IMG/VR virus record: IMGVR_UViG_3300007790_000207
DNA length: 64,000 nt
Origin: a virus
Reading direction: 5' to 3' (one strand)
Numbering within the stretch: position 1 is the stretch's first letter; every line of letters starts with the position of its first letter. The notes beneath the pieces are model-generated. The model was not told the DNA's origin. It ran no database searches and worked only from the letters and a program-made list of their open reading frames with translations. The translations under genes and the position numbers were made by a program. This document shows positions 28,702 to 36,890 of the stretch, in pieces.

Positions 28702-29291
28702 TGGGGCTCGGCAAGCCGATGCTCTGGATGAGCATCGCCGCCACCGGCAACGGGGAGGACCCCAAGGCGTCCATCCCGACCGAGATCGCGGCGATCCTCA
28801 CCGACAGCGAGATGCGGCCGGTTGACGGCACCTACGACCGCATCATCATCACGCGCGAGCACGCGGCGGCGCTGAAGGCCGACAAGGAGGCCATGGTGGC
28901 GCTGAAGCGTGAGAACGCGGTCCACCCCAAGCACCCCGACGCCGTGACGATCCTGAACGCCGAGGCGAGCATCCTGGAGATGCTCGACGACGCGAAGGTC
29001 GACGTCCTGGTTCCCATCGCGGGCCGCGGCGCTGACCGCTTCCTCCTCCCGGTGGTCACGGAGCACATGCCGAACCTCCGGAAGCGGCTGGAGGGCTGGA
29101 CCTTCGACTCCTCGCAGTTGGCCCGCTGGGCCCGCGCCGCGAGCGGTCTGGGTGCCTTCCGCAAGCACGTCCCCGACCTGCGGGACTACGACCCTCTCTT
29201 CGAGGCGATGCCGCCGTACTCGCAGGCCACGTTCAAGGAGATCTTCACCGCGGCGCACCAGTTCCGCGCGATCCTGAAGGAGCACGAATGA
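28701..29291 (+). CDS. Hypothetical protein
   Basis: Coupled ORF, phage codon usage. Confidence 0.65.
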   Translation: MGLGKPMLWMSIAATGNGEDPKASIPTEIAAILTDSEMRPVDGTYDRIIITREHAAALKADKEAMVALKRENAVHPKHPDAVTILNAEASILEMLDDAKVDVLVPIAGRGADRFLLPVVTEHMPNLRKRLEGWTFDSSQLARWARAASGLGAFRKHVPDLRDYDPLFEAMPPYSQATFKEIFTAAHQFRAILKEHE

Positions 29292-29743
29292 CCGAGATCT
29301 GGCTCATCAAGAGCCGCCACCACGTCGAGGCCGCACTGGCCTCCGAGGAGGAGGCCCTGACCCTCCTCTACCGCATCCGAGCGTCCAACCCGGACGCGAC
29401 CGACTGGAAGGTCGAGAAGATGCCCGTCGTGGCCGGGGAGGTCCAGCCGATCATCCGGTTCACCATCCAGGCGCGCATCTCGGACTCCGAGGAGGTGTTC
29501 ATCGTCAACGAGCACCGCGAGCACGTCTGGCCGCTGAAGACGACGACGCACCCCGACATGGGCTGGATGTGGCAGAGGATCTACGACCCGCCCGAGGCCT
29601 TCGGGACGCTCACCGTCCGCGGCTTCGACGAGGAGAAGGTCAAGAAGGCCTTCCAGGAGATCTCCGAGGGCTTCCGGACCACGGAGGCCATGCGCGCGTC
29701 GGAGCGCACGGACTACCGGTGGCTCGGCTCGGCCGGGCACTAG
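29288..29743 (+). CDS. Hypothetical protein
   Basis: AAGGAG RBS, ATGA coupling. Confidence 0.65.
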   Translation: MTEIWLIKSRHHVEAALASEEEALTLLYRIRASNPDATDWKVEKMPVVAGEVQPIIRFTIQARISDSEEVFIVNEHREHVWPLKTTTHPDMGWMWQRIYDPPEAFGTLTVRGFDEEKVKKAFQEISEGFRTTEAMRASERTDYRWLGSAGH

Positions 29744-29774
29744 CATCAAGGGATGGCCCACCTCACGGGCCCAC

Positions 29775-29855
29775 GCTCCTCTGGTGGAATGGCAGACACG
29801 GCGCACTCAAAATGCGCTCCTGGAAGGGGTCCCGGTTCGAGTCCGGGGAGGAGCA
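29775..29855 (+). tRNA. tRNA-Leu(CAA)
   Basis: GCTCCTC/GAGGAGC acceptor stem, GCGCA-CTCAAAA-TGCGC anticodon arm, long variable arm, TTCGAGT T-loop. Confidence 0.9.
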
Positions 29856-29857
29856 CA

Positions 29858-29911
29858 AGACGGGCGCATGATACCCCCGAGCCGCGGCGCAAGAAGCGGG
29901 CTAGCCCGTCT
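29858..29911 (+). ncRNA. Solitary TIGR-like stem-loop guide unit 2
   Basis: Stem AGACGGGC/GCCCGTCT; 38-nt loop gCA-tgatacccc-CGAGCcgcgGC-GCA-agaagcggg-CTA. Confidence 0.65.
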
Positions 29912-29914
29912 GAC

Positions 29915-29943
29915 TTGACAAGGGTCGAGAGAGGCCCTACTCT
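29915..29943 (+). promoter_or_regulatory. Promoter for downstream tRNAs, with near-consensus operator
   Basis: TTGACA-17-TACTCT; TTGACAAGGGTCGA. Confidence 0.65.
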
Positions 29944-29971
29944 GAAGTTCTTCGGCTCCGGCTGAAGACCT

Positions 29972-30042
29972 TGACAGGTAGCCAAGAGGCAAGGCATCCG
30001 GCTGTTACCCGGCGAGCGGTGGTTCGATCCCACCCCTGTCAG
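29972..30042 (+). tRNA. tRNA-Asn(GTT)
   Basis: TGACAGG/CCTGTCA acceptor stem, CT-GTT-AC anticodon loop, GGTGG-TTCGATC-CCACC T arm. Confidence 0.8.
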
Positions 30043-30108
30043 CGCAATGTAGAGCGAGGCCCGGCGAGAACCGGAGGGCCACACAGGGTCGTGACCCACC
30101 ACGAACTT

Positions 30109-30181
30109 AGGTCCCTGGCGCAACTGGTAGCGCAACGGTCTCCAAAACCGTAGGTTGCAGGTTCGAATCCTGCGGGATCTG
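30109..30181 (+). tRNA. tRNA-Trp(CCA)
   Basis: AGGTCCC/GGGATCT acceptor stem, ACGGT-CTCCAAA-ACCGT, GCAGG-TTCGAAT-CCTGC. Confidence 0.9.
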
Positions 30182-30255
30182 CGGCGCGGCTCCGGCGCGC
30201 TGGCGCTTAGCGGTAGGAACCCGCCAAAGTCCCAAGTCCAGCAGACGGAGCACCT

Positions 30256-30341
30256 GGCAGATTACTTCAAGTGGTCAACGAGGGGTGGCTGTAAACCACC
30301 TGGCTTCGCCTTCGCAGGTTCGAATCCTGCATCTGCCGCCA
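30256..30341 (+). tRNA. tRNA-Tyr(GTA)
   Basis: GGCAGAT/ATCTGCC acceptor stem, GGTGG-CTGTAAA-CCACC, long variable arm, encoded CCA. Confidence 0.88.
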
Positions 30342-30418
30342 TCCGCTACACTGTCTGGGACGGTCACGACGTTAGCGTCCTCGTCCGAGGTCGCTCCTCC
30401 CCCTCCTAGGAGTACATC

Positions 30419-30646
30419 GTGGCACTCACCGTCACCGTCGACACGACCAAGAACCCCGCCGAGGCGACTGTCGTCTCCGACAGGCGCGAGGTCGTCTTCA
30501 CCGCGACGACCGCAGGCGAAACCGTCACCGCGACCGGCCGCTACCCCATCAAGATCACCGACGACTCGCGCACCTGGAAGCCGAAGACCGGCCCGGATGG
30601 CAAGCCCATCGACGACGGGAAGACCGCCGTCTTCGTGGTCGCATGA
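30419..30646 (+). CDS. Hypothetical protein
   Basis: AGGAG RBS. Confidence 0.6.
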   Translation: MALTVTVDTTKNPAEATVVSDRREVVFTATTAGETVTATGRYPIKITDDSRTWKPKTGPDGKPIDDGKTAVFVVA

Positions 30647-31944
30647 GCCGCCTGACGGTCTCCACGGCAGGCGAGACGGCCTCCGTGGACTACACCATCC
30701 CTACCGCAGGAGACGAGCCGGTCAAGCAGGTCTCCTACGCCAACCACACCGAACTCCGCGCCGGGATGAAGATCCCCGCCGACGCGAACCTCGTGACGTG
30801 GCCGCTCGGCGCGAAGTACCTCCACGAGGCGGCACGCACGCTCGGCGCGAACGACATCCTCGTCCTGCCGGAGCGCGACGAGCCGTACCTCATCGACCCG
30901 CGCGACGGCTTCCGCGCCGCGGGCATCGTCGAGGCTGAGTCGGTCATCGGAGACCCCTGGGCCGCGAGCCCGCAGGTCGTCCGCACGCCCATCCGGAACA
31001 CCTACTCGGACACCGGCAGGGCGGCGAATATGTGGTTCGCCATGGTGCGCGTCACGCGCGGCCTGGTCGGCATGGGCCCTCGCACGGTCATCCGGATCGC
31101 CGACCTCCCCTTCAGCCAGCCCGCGCAGAAGTCGCCGCCGCGCAACGTCACGAACCCGACGACGGAGCAACAGCGCCGAGCCTGGCGCACCGATGGCTCC
31201 GTGCAGGTCCTCTCCGGCGTGCAGGAGAAGTTGATCGAGTCCGACACCGCGAACTGCATCGTCGGGAACTTCCGGGCCGTCGGCCGCTCGCTGGGCGGCG
31301 TCGCGTTCACCGGCATCAAGTTGATGCAGGGCGGCGCGGTCCGCAAGGTCAACGCCCGCGGCTTCGGCTCCGGCTTCGCGGGCGTGCCGAACGGCGAGGC
31401 AGGGACCTTCTCGTTCGACCGTCGCGCCTACGAGGTCGAAGACGTCATCGTCGACGGCCGCGACGAGTCCGGCGAGATCATCATCGCCTCCCCGATCATG
31501 TGGAACAGCGTGCCGGGCGGCCGGATGCGCGACGTCACGACGATGTACTGCCGCGCGGGGATGCCCGCTCTGTGGGGCTCGCGTGGCGTCCACGACTGGG
31601 AGGACGTCCACTTCCTCCACCCGGCCGAGGTCGGCATGAACTCGGAGCGCAACTCCGCTGGGCTCACGCTGAACTGGACCCGAGGCACGATCTCGGCGGC
31701 CGCGGGGAAGTATCACCTCATCGTCAACTCCCTCGACGGCACGAGCCAGAAGATCACGCTCACCGACGTCGAGGCCAAGGGCGGCATGAGGGGCGACGGC
31801 GTCCTCACGAGCCACGGCTACAACTACGGCGGCGAGACGCAGGGCCAGAAGGCGGCGGACATCGTGCTCGTCCGCAACGGCGTCCGCTACCCCGCTCGGC
31901 GCGACGACACCGGCCCGAACCGGACCTGGGGAACCGTCTTCTGA
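30643..31944 (+). CDS. Putative right-handed beta-helix (pectate-lyase-like) protein
   Basis: Gly/Asn/Val-rich short repeating strands in the C-terminal half. Confidence 0.5.
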   Translation: MSRLTVSTAGETASVDYTIPTAGDEPVKQVSYANHTELRAGMKIPADANLVTWPLGAKYLHEAARTLGANDILVLPERDEPYLIDPRDGFRAAGIVEAESVIGDPWAASPQVVRTPIRNTYSDTGRAANMWFAMVRVTRGLVGMGPRTVIRIADLPFSQPAQKSPPRNVTNPTTEQQRRAWRTDGSVQVLSGVQEKLIESDTANCIVGNFRAVGRSLGGVAFTGIKLMQGGAVRKVNARGFGSGFAGVPNGEAGTFSFDRRAYEVEDVIVDGRDESGEIIIASPIMWNSVPGGRMRDVTTMYCRAGMPALWGSRGVHDWEDVHFLHPAEVGMNSERNSAGLTLNWTRGTISAAAGKYHLIVNSLDGTSQKITLTDVEAKGGMRGDGVLTSHGYNYGGETQGQKAADIVLVRNGVRYPARRDDTGPNRTWGTVF

Positions 31945-31960
31945 CCTGTCACCACACTTC

Positions 31961-32007
31961 GAAGGCCCTCCGGCCCGAGCCTCAGGCTCACCAGTCGGAG
32001 GGCCTTC
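31961..32007 (+). terminator. Terminator-like hairpin
   Basis: GAAGGCCCTCCG / CGGAGGGCCTTC. Confidence 0.6.
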
Positions 32008-32013
32008 TCCGTG

Positions 32014-32041
32014 TTGACGAGCGTCAACCTTGTGGTACGCT
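32014..32041 (+). promoter_or_regulatory. Promoter with TTGAC-N4-GTCAA operator (leaderless)
   Basis: TTGACGAGCGTCAA; TACGCT 32036-32041; ATG 32048. Confidence 0.75.
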
Positions 32042-32047
32042 CGATTC

Positions 32048-32194
32048 ATGAGCATCTACGACATCCCCGAGGAGCGCCGGGTCGACCCCGCTTCCTGCAC
32101 GCACTCCTCCTTCGTCCTGAAGTACGACGGCGGGAAGTGGCCGCACGTCTGTGAGGACTGCGACACCATCATCGGCTGGGGCTTCGTCGGATGA
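32048..32194 (+). CDS. Small Cys/His protein
   Basis: C.H...CEDC; ATGA coupling. Confidence 0.5.
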   Translation: MSIYDIPEERRVDPASCTHSSFVLKYDGGKWPHVCEDCDTIIGWGFVG

Positions 32195-32472
32195 CGAACC
32201 CGCCCCGCCGGTGCCAGATCACCGACTGCCCCAACCCCCACGTCGCCAAGGACTACTGCGCGCTCCACTACTCGCGAGCGCACCGCGGCGTCGACCCGAG
32301 CGGCCCCGTCCGTCCCTACGCGACGAAGCACGCCCCGACGTGCGACGAGGCGGGGTGCGACAAGCCGTACTACGCCAAGGACAAGTGCTCTGCGCACTAC
32401 ACCGCCATGCGGCGCGACGCCGCGCAGGCTTCCCCGCCGTCGACCACGACGATCCAGCCCTCGGGCGCATGA
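32191..32472 (+). CDS. Tandem zinc-finger protein (2x C-x4-C...C-x2-HY)
   Basis: CQITDC...YCALHY and CDEAGC...KCSAHY. Confidence 0.7.
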   Translation: MTNPPRRCQITDCPNPHVAKDYCALHYSRAHRGVDPSGPVRPYATKHAPTCDEAGCDKPYYAKDKCSAHYTAMRRDAAQASPPSTTTIQPSGA

Positions 32473-32500
32473 TGCCTACCACGGCGGGGAACTTTTTCTC

Positions 32501-32529
32501 TTGACGGCTGACAAGCAGAGAGGTAGCCT
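32501..32529 (+). promoter_or_regulatory. Promoter of the Tas-like operon (near-consensus operator, leaderless)
   Basis: TTGACGGCTGACAA; TAGCCT 32524-32529; ATG 32536. Confidence 0.7.
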
Positions 32530-32535
32530 CAGAGC

Positions 32536-32799
32536 ATGAAGACCATCCGCCAGCGGGTCAAGGAGGCCGTCCAGGAGCACCCTGACGCCTCCGCGCTCCA
32601 CCTCGCTCGCCGCTTGCGGGAAGAGGGTGGCCTGAGCGATGCAGACCTGCTCATGCTCCTCGACACTGCGATCACCGCCGAGCGTGAGAGCGCGAAGCCG
32701 AAGGTCACCGTCACTGTCAACCTCCCCGCGGACCGACCGCGCCGCGAGCCCCGCGCTCAGCGCATCGTCGACCGCGGCCCGTACCCCTGGCCTGCGTAG
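32536..32799 (+). CDS. Small helical protein, possibly HTH
   Basis: First gene of the operon carrying the Nop-domain gene. Confidence 0.6.
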   Translation: MKTIRQRVKEAVQEHPDASALHLARRLREEGGLSDADLLMLLDTAITAERESAKPKVTVTVNLPADRPRREPRAQRIVDRGPYPWPA

Positions 32800-32845
32800 A
32801 GTTACCACCAGCCGCCCGGCTCAAACAGACGACCAGCAGACCAGG
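32786..32845 (+). ncRNA. TIGR-like stem-loop guide unit 3, immediately upstream of the Nop-domain gene
   Basis: Stem CCTGGCCTGC/GCAGACCAGG (1 mismatch); 40-nt loop gTA-gagttacca-CCAGCcgcccgGC-TCA-aacagacga-CCA. Confidence 0.7.
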
Positions 32846-32867
32846 CCCCAACCCGAAGGAGAACCCT

Positions 32868-33653
32868 ATGAGGATCATCGACAGCCCCGTCCTCGCCATG
32901 ACCGCGAAGTCCCTCGACGACGTCGAGGACCTGCGGATCGCCGCCGAGAACCGGCTCCGAGCGCTCACCCGCGACGAGGCCGACAAGGACGGCGAGATCC
33001 GCGGACTCGGGCTCAGCCCCGAGCACCCGGACGTCAAGACCGCGACCGCCATCCTGGCGAACATCCAGGAGTTGGAGGTTCGGCAGACGAAGGCCCTGGA
33101 GTCGCAGATGAAGAGCCACCCGCTCTTCAATTGGGTCAAGGACTCGAAGGGCGTCGGCGCGAAGCAGGGCGCTCGCCTCCTCGCGGCTGTCGGCGACCCC
33201 TACATCGCCGAGCGGGTGAACAAGACGCCCGACGGCAAGATCATCAGCGTCGACGTCAGCCCGCGCACCCTCCGCGAGTTCCACTCGTACTGCGGCTACG
33301 GCATCGCCGACGACGGCCAGGCACGCCGCCGCAAGAAGGGCGAGCGCGCGAACTGGAACGCCGAGGCGAAGATGCGCGTCTACCTCATCGCGAACTCCAT
33401 CATCAAGACCAAGGGCGACCTTCGCGACGTCTACGACGCCGCGCGCGCCAAGTACGACCAGCAGGTCCACCTCACCGACTGCGTGCGCTGTGGGCCCTCT
33501 GGGAAGCCTGCGCTGGCCGGTTCCACGCTCTCGGCCGGGCACGCCCACGCTCGCGCCCTCCGCGCGGTCTCGAAGCGAGTCCTCTCGGACCTCTACTACG
33601 AGGCCAAGCGCATCCACGACGAGATGGACGCGACCGAGGCGGTGGCGGCATGA
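32868..33653 (+). CDS. IS110/Nop-domain RNA-binding protein without nuclease domain (TasA-like)
   Basis: DLRIAAENRL coiled coil, KGVGAKQGARLLAAVGDP (Transposase_20/Nop HhH), HSYCGYG...RRRKKGERANWNAEAK, HAHARALR; no N-terminal DEDD RuvC domain. Confidence 0.8.
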   Translation: MRIIDSPVLAMTAKSLDDVEDLRIAAENRLRALTRDEADKDGEIRGLGLSPEHPDVKTATAILANIQELEVRQTKALESQMKSHPLFNWVKDSKGVGAKQGARLLAAVGDPYIAERVNKTPDGKIISVDVSPRTLREFHSYCGYGIADDGQARRRKKGERANWNAEAKMRVYLIANSIIKTKGDLRDVYDAARAKYDQQVHLTDCVRCGPSGKPALAGSTLSAGHAHARALRAVSKRVLSDLYYEAKRIHDEMDATEAVAA

Positions 33654-33835
33654 GGGTCGAGATCCGCATCCAGGACGACGACCTGAACATCGAGGTCTCC
33701 GACGAGACTGAGGCGGTTCGAGACATGGCTCTGAGCCAGGTCCTCGCCGAGTGGTGGGACAACGGCACCCCGACCGAACTGATCGAGAAGACGGTGGCGC
33801 GCGCCATCGCCGCATACAAGGAGCAGAGCGCATGA
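33650..33835 (+). CDS. Hypothetical protein
   Basis: ATGA coupling to the Nop-domain gene. Confidence 0.6.
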   Translation: MRVEIRIQDDDLNIEVSDETEAVRDMALSQVLAEWWDNGTPTELIEKTVARAIAAYKEQSA

Positions 33836-34185
33836 GCGAGGTCATCATCAAGAAGCACCTCCGCTTCCCGATCCGCACGAAGGACCACCGGGAGCGCCAG
33901 AACTTCCTCGCGGCTGTGAAGGACGTCCTCGACGCCGGGGACGAGACCTTCAGCCGCAAGACGGTGGAGGTGCTCATGGGCGAGTTGACGCTCGCGCAGG
34001 AGTTCTACGACAAGGCGATGGCTCAGGACCGCTGGGTGCAGTTGCCGCCCGAGGAGACCCGTAGACTGGCGAAGTTCCTGGAGCGCCCCAACAGGTCCTT
34101 CGGGGGTCAGCCGCGCCTCTCTGTCAACGCCGTCGAAGGTGGCGGCCTCCTCATCCGAATCGCACCTTGGAGGTACGAGCAATGA
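33832..34185 (+). CDS. Hypothetical protein
   Basis: AAGGAG RBS, ATGA coupling. Confidence 0.6.
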   Translation: MSEVIIKKHLRFPIRTKDHRERQNFLAAVKDVLDAGDETFSRKTVEVLMGELTLAQEFYDKAMAQDRWVQLPPEETRRLAKFLERPNRSFGGQPRLSVNAVEGGGLLIRIAPWRYEQ

Positions 34186-34649
34186 CCATCTCGAACAACC
34201 GCATCGCGGAACTCCGCTCGATGCTCGCCGCTGGCGAGCCGATGAGCCCGGACGTCGCCGGACTCCTGGAGGAGTACGACCGCCTCAGCGCGCTCGTCGT
34301 GACGCTCCAGCAGGTCGCGGCCGCGCGCTACGCCGACCCGGACTTCCTCACGGCGAAGGTCTACCCCCTCAGCCCCGAGCGCCCGGACTACGGCTACAAG
34401 GTCTTCCGGACCGGCGAGGGCTGGAAGTGGGCGTGGATGGAGCCGGACCAGGAGCCGGAGTTCTCCGAGGAGTTCTACCCCACGCAGGTCGAGGCGCTCC
34501 GCGCGGCCGCTGACGATTGGGAGGAGAGCGGCGGCGACCCCAACATCCGCATCGCGGCGACCCTCCGCGGGCTCGCCACGCGCATCGAGAACGAGTCCCC
34601 GGTGGACCTCACCGTCGCCGCATCGGAGTTGCGCCGTGCCCGCTCGTAA
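34182..34649 (+). CDS. Hypothetical protein
   Basis: GGAGG RBS, ATGA coupling. Confidence 0.6.
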   Translation: MTISNNRIAELRSMLAAGEPMSPDVAGLLEEYDRLSALVVTLQQVAAARYADPDFLTAKVYPLSPERPDYGYKVFRTGEGWKWAWMEPDQEPEFSEEFYPTQVEALRAAADDWEESGGDPNIRIAATLRGLATRIENESPVDLTVAASELRRARS

Positions 34650-34965
34650 GTGGCTCCGGGACATCGAGAACGACAGCCACGTCAGCACCGCGGCGGCCGC
34701 GGCAGGCATCGCGCCTCCCGGCTTCCGTGTGGTGATGGTCACCGTCGACCCCGGCACCGGCATGGGAGACGACACGCAGGGCTGGGCCCTCCAGCAGTAC
34801 CAGCCCATCACCGTCGGCCACCTGTGGTGGAAGCACAAGGTCCAGCGGTGGGTCACGGTCGACCGGCTCGGCATGTGGCACTCGCACCCGGACAAGGACG
34901 CCAAGAAGGAGTTGCTCACGCGCGCGTGGGGAACCTTCCTGGCGGAGATGCGAGGCACCGAATGA
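34636..34965 (+). CDS. Hypothetical protein
   Basis: Overlapping operon ORF. Confidence 0.55.
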   Translation: MPARKWLRDIENDSHVSTAAAAAGIAPPGFRVVMVTVDPGTGMGDDTQGWALQQYQPITVGHLWWKHKVQRWVTVDRLGMWHSHPDKDAKKELLTRAWGTFLAEMRGTE

Positions 34966-35138
34966 GCGGCCGTCGGATCATCCGCACCGTCCTCCTCTTC
35001 GTGGGCTTCACGATGGTCTTCGTCGGCTTCCGCCTGGAGTTCCCCGAGCGGTTCGAACCGGCGTGGTGGCTCTACATAGTCGGGTTGGCGGTGATCGTCT
35101 GGACCATCACGGACGAGAAGGAGGACAATCGTGGGTAG
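34962..35138 (+). CDS. Small membrane protein (2 TM)
   Basis: Hydrophobic; ATGA coupling. Confidence 0.55.
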   Translation: MSGRRIIRTVLLFVGFTMVFVGFRLEFPERFEPAWWLYIVGLAVIVWTITDEKEDNRG

Positions 35139-35328
35139 GCACTCGAAGACGTGCCGCTCGGACCTCCACTCGTGGTCCGAGGTGGCGGTCCAGGTCGACG
35201 ACGAAGGTCGGCTGAAGATCCTGTCGCAGTGCGGCGGATGCAAGCGTTGGCTCGTGGAGAACGAAGCCTTCCCTGAGGACCCGTTCCGCATCTACGAACC
35301 GCACGAGATCGACCTCTCGGTCGAGTAG
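35131..35328 (+). CDS. Small Cys-containing protein
   Basis: AAGGAGG RBS; CGGC motif. Confidence 0.55.
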   Translation: MGRHSKTCRSDLHSWSEVAVQVDDEGRLKILSQCGGCKRWLVENEAFPEDPFRIYEPHEIDLSVE

Positions 35329-35329
35329 A

Positions 35330-35551
35330 ATGACGGCCATGACGGTCGTCCACTTCATCCGCCCTGGCGGTCTCCCCTCGGTCTTCAAGATGAGCGACTA
35401 CGTCGCCGTCGAGGACACAGCCTGCGTCGTGGGAGGCCGCCAGCGGCAGGTCTCCATGAAGTCGGAGGCCACGCACGATCCGACGCTCGTGACGTGCAAG
35501 TTGTGCGTCGACGAGATCGAGAAGCAGGCCGAGATCCTCGCAGGGCCGTAG
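35330..35551 (+). CDS. Small Cys-containing protein
   Basis: C...CKLC. Confidence 0.5.
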   Translation: MTAMTVVHFIRPGGLPSVFKMSDYVAVEDTACVVGGRQRQVSMKSEATHDPTLVTCKLCVDEIEKQAEILAGP

Positions 35552-35572
35552 AGGATTTTATTCCCCAACCTC

Positions 35573-35602
35573 TTGACAGCCGTCAAGGCCGGTGTGTAGA
35601 GT
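35573..35602 (+). promoter_or_regulatory. Promoter with TTGAC-N4-GTCAA operator
   Basis: TTGACAGCCGTCAA; TAGAGT 35597-35602. Confidence 0.8.
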
Positions 35603-35632
35603 CGAGGCATACCCCGACCCAAGGAGCACACC

Positions 35633-36235
35633 ATGACCCTCGACCTCTTCGGACTCACCCCGACCCAGGTGCAAGGCCTCCGCGACAACCTGAGCCGCAC
35701 CCTCCTCAGCGGCCTCCAGAAGAAGCACACCGTCCCGGCCGTGCGTGAGGTCCGGAAGATGCTGATCGACCTCCACGAGGACCACTGGGGCACGCTCCTG
35801 AACTGCATGGTGCGCGAGGGCGTCATCCCGTGGGTCGACGAGCACTTCGAGAAGAAGCCGAACACCTCCCCGGAGACCATCAAGGTCCGCGCCGACACCG
35901 TGACCACCTCGGACTTCCTCTTCCTCTTCGGCAAGGCGCGGAAGGTCACCTCCGTCGACAGCGACAGCGACGTGGGGTACACCTACCTCTACGTCGAGAA
36001 TCCCGACGACCCCACCGACGAGATCGGCGTCTACTACACGAACCGCGAGGAAGTCCGCATCGTGCCGACGCCGAAGGAGTACCCCAAGGGCACGGTCGTC
36101 GTCTTCAAGGACCGCCCGACGGAGCCGGTCACCCGGTTCGAGGTCATCTGGAACAGCGGTCACACCGACGCCCAGGTCCAGGCCGCCGTCCGCGAGGGCA
36201 AGGCCACCATCCTCTACACCCCGAAGGAGTCCTGA
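35633..36235 (+). CDS. Hypothetical protein
   Basis: AAGGAG RBS. Confidence 0.65.
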   Translation: MTLDLFGLTPTQVQGLRDNLSRTLLSGLQKKHTVPAVREVRKMLIDLHEDHWGTLLNCMVREGVIPWVDEHFEKKPNTSPETIKVRADTVTTSDFLFLFGKARKVTSVDSDSDVGYTYLYVENPDDPTDEIGVYYTNREEVRIVPTPKEYPKGTVVVFKDRPTEPVTRFEVIWNSGHTDAQVQAAVREGKATILYTPKES

Positions 36236-36237
36236 CC

Positions 36238-36633
36238 ATGAAGGTCGACGCCATCCTGACCCAGGTCCACCTCTTGAAGCGAGGAGACCAGATCCAGATC
36301 TTCGGCGACTACCGCGAGGTCCTCACCTCTGAGCAGAGCCTCGTCGCTGACGACCTGTGGTATCTGTCTGTCGCCGACCCGCAACACCAGATCCCCTTCC
36401 AGGCCCACGTCATGAAGACCACGCTCTTCCGCACCAGGCCGAGGCCGTCGCGGACGTACCCTGAGGGCACCCTCGTCCGCGAAAACGCCGGAGCCTACCT
36501 GCTCCGCACTCGGACCAAGGACCTCTGGATCTACCCCAGCCGTGCCGCGTCGATGCGGACCGACGCGACGGTCGCCCACGCAATCGAGTGCGGCGCGCTC
36601 ACCCTCGTCCACGAGCCCGAGACGGAGGGCTGA
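36238..36633 (+). CDS. Hypothetical protein
   Basis: AAGGAG RBS; shares the Y.EGT.V motif with the previous gene. Confidence 0.6.
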   Translation: MKVDAILTQVHLLKRGDQIQIFGDYREVLTSEQSLVADDLWYLSVADPQHQIPFQAHVMKTTLFRTRPRPSRTYPEGTLVRENAGAYLLRTRTKDLWIYPSRAASMRTDATVAHAIECGALTLVHEPETEG

Positions 36634-36635
36634 GC

Positions 36636-36890
36636 ATGTCCGGCATCATCTTCGGCGTCGAGCACGTCGACCCTGTCAGCGGAGAGCGCGCCTTCATGGC
36701 CGACTTCGACTGGGACCTCGGGGAGGCCACGGTCATCGCCGATCACTACGAGGGCCGCGTCGTCGTGGCTCCCCGCGGGCCCTGGCAGTACGTCCCGCAG
36801 GAGGCCGTCGAGCAGGCCCGTGAGGCGACCAAGCAGGCCACCATGGACTCCGAGATCCGGAACATGCTGGAGGGGAAGGAGAACCCGTGA
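36636..36890 (+). CDS. Hypothetical protein
   Basis: GGAGG RBS. Confidence 0.6.
   Translation: MSGIIFGVEHVDPVSGERAFMADFDWDLGEATVIADHYEGRVVVAPRGPWQYVPQEAVEQAREATKQATMDSEIRNMLEGKENP

Noticed and set aside
29971-29976. TTGACA as a promoter -35
   Set aside because: It is the 5' acceptor stem of tRNA-Asn (TGACAGG pairs with CCTGTCA).
31961-32007. Additional dual-spacer guide unit
   Set aside because: The loop is only 23 nt and lacks the nCA-spacer-YYA x2 pattern; called a terminator. The same applies to the hairpins at 17531, 22812, 55520, 59236, 61133 and 63053.
32868-33653. Active IS110 insertion sequence
   Set aside because: No N-terminal DEDD RuvC domain and no catalytic SG serine motif. 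The gene has a phage-type RBS and is translationally coupled to the next phage gene, so it looks domesticated rather than mobile.
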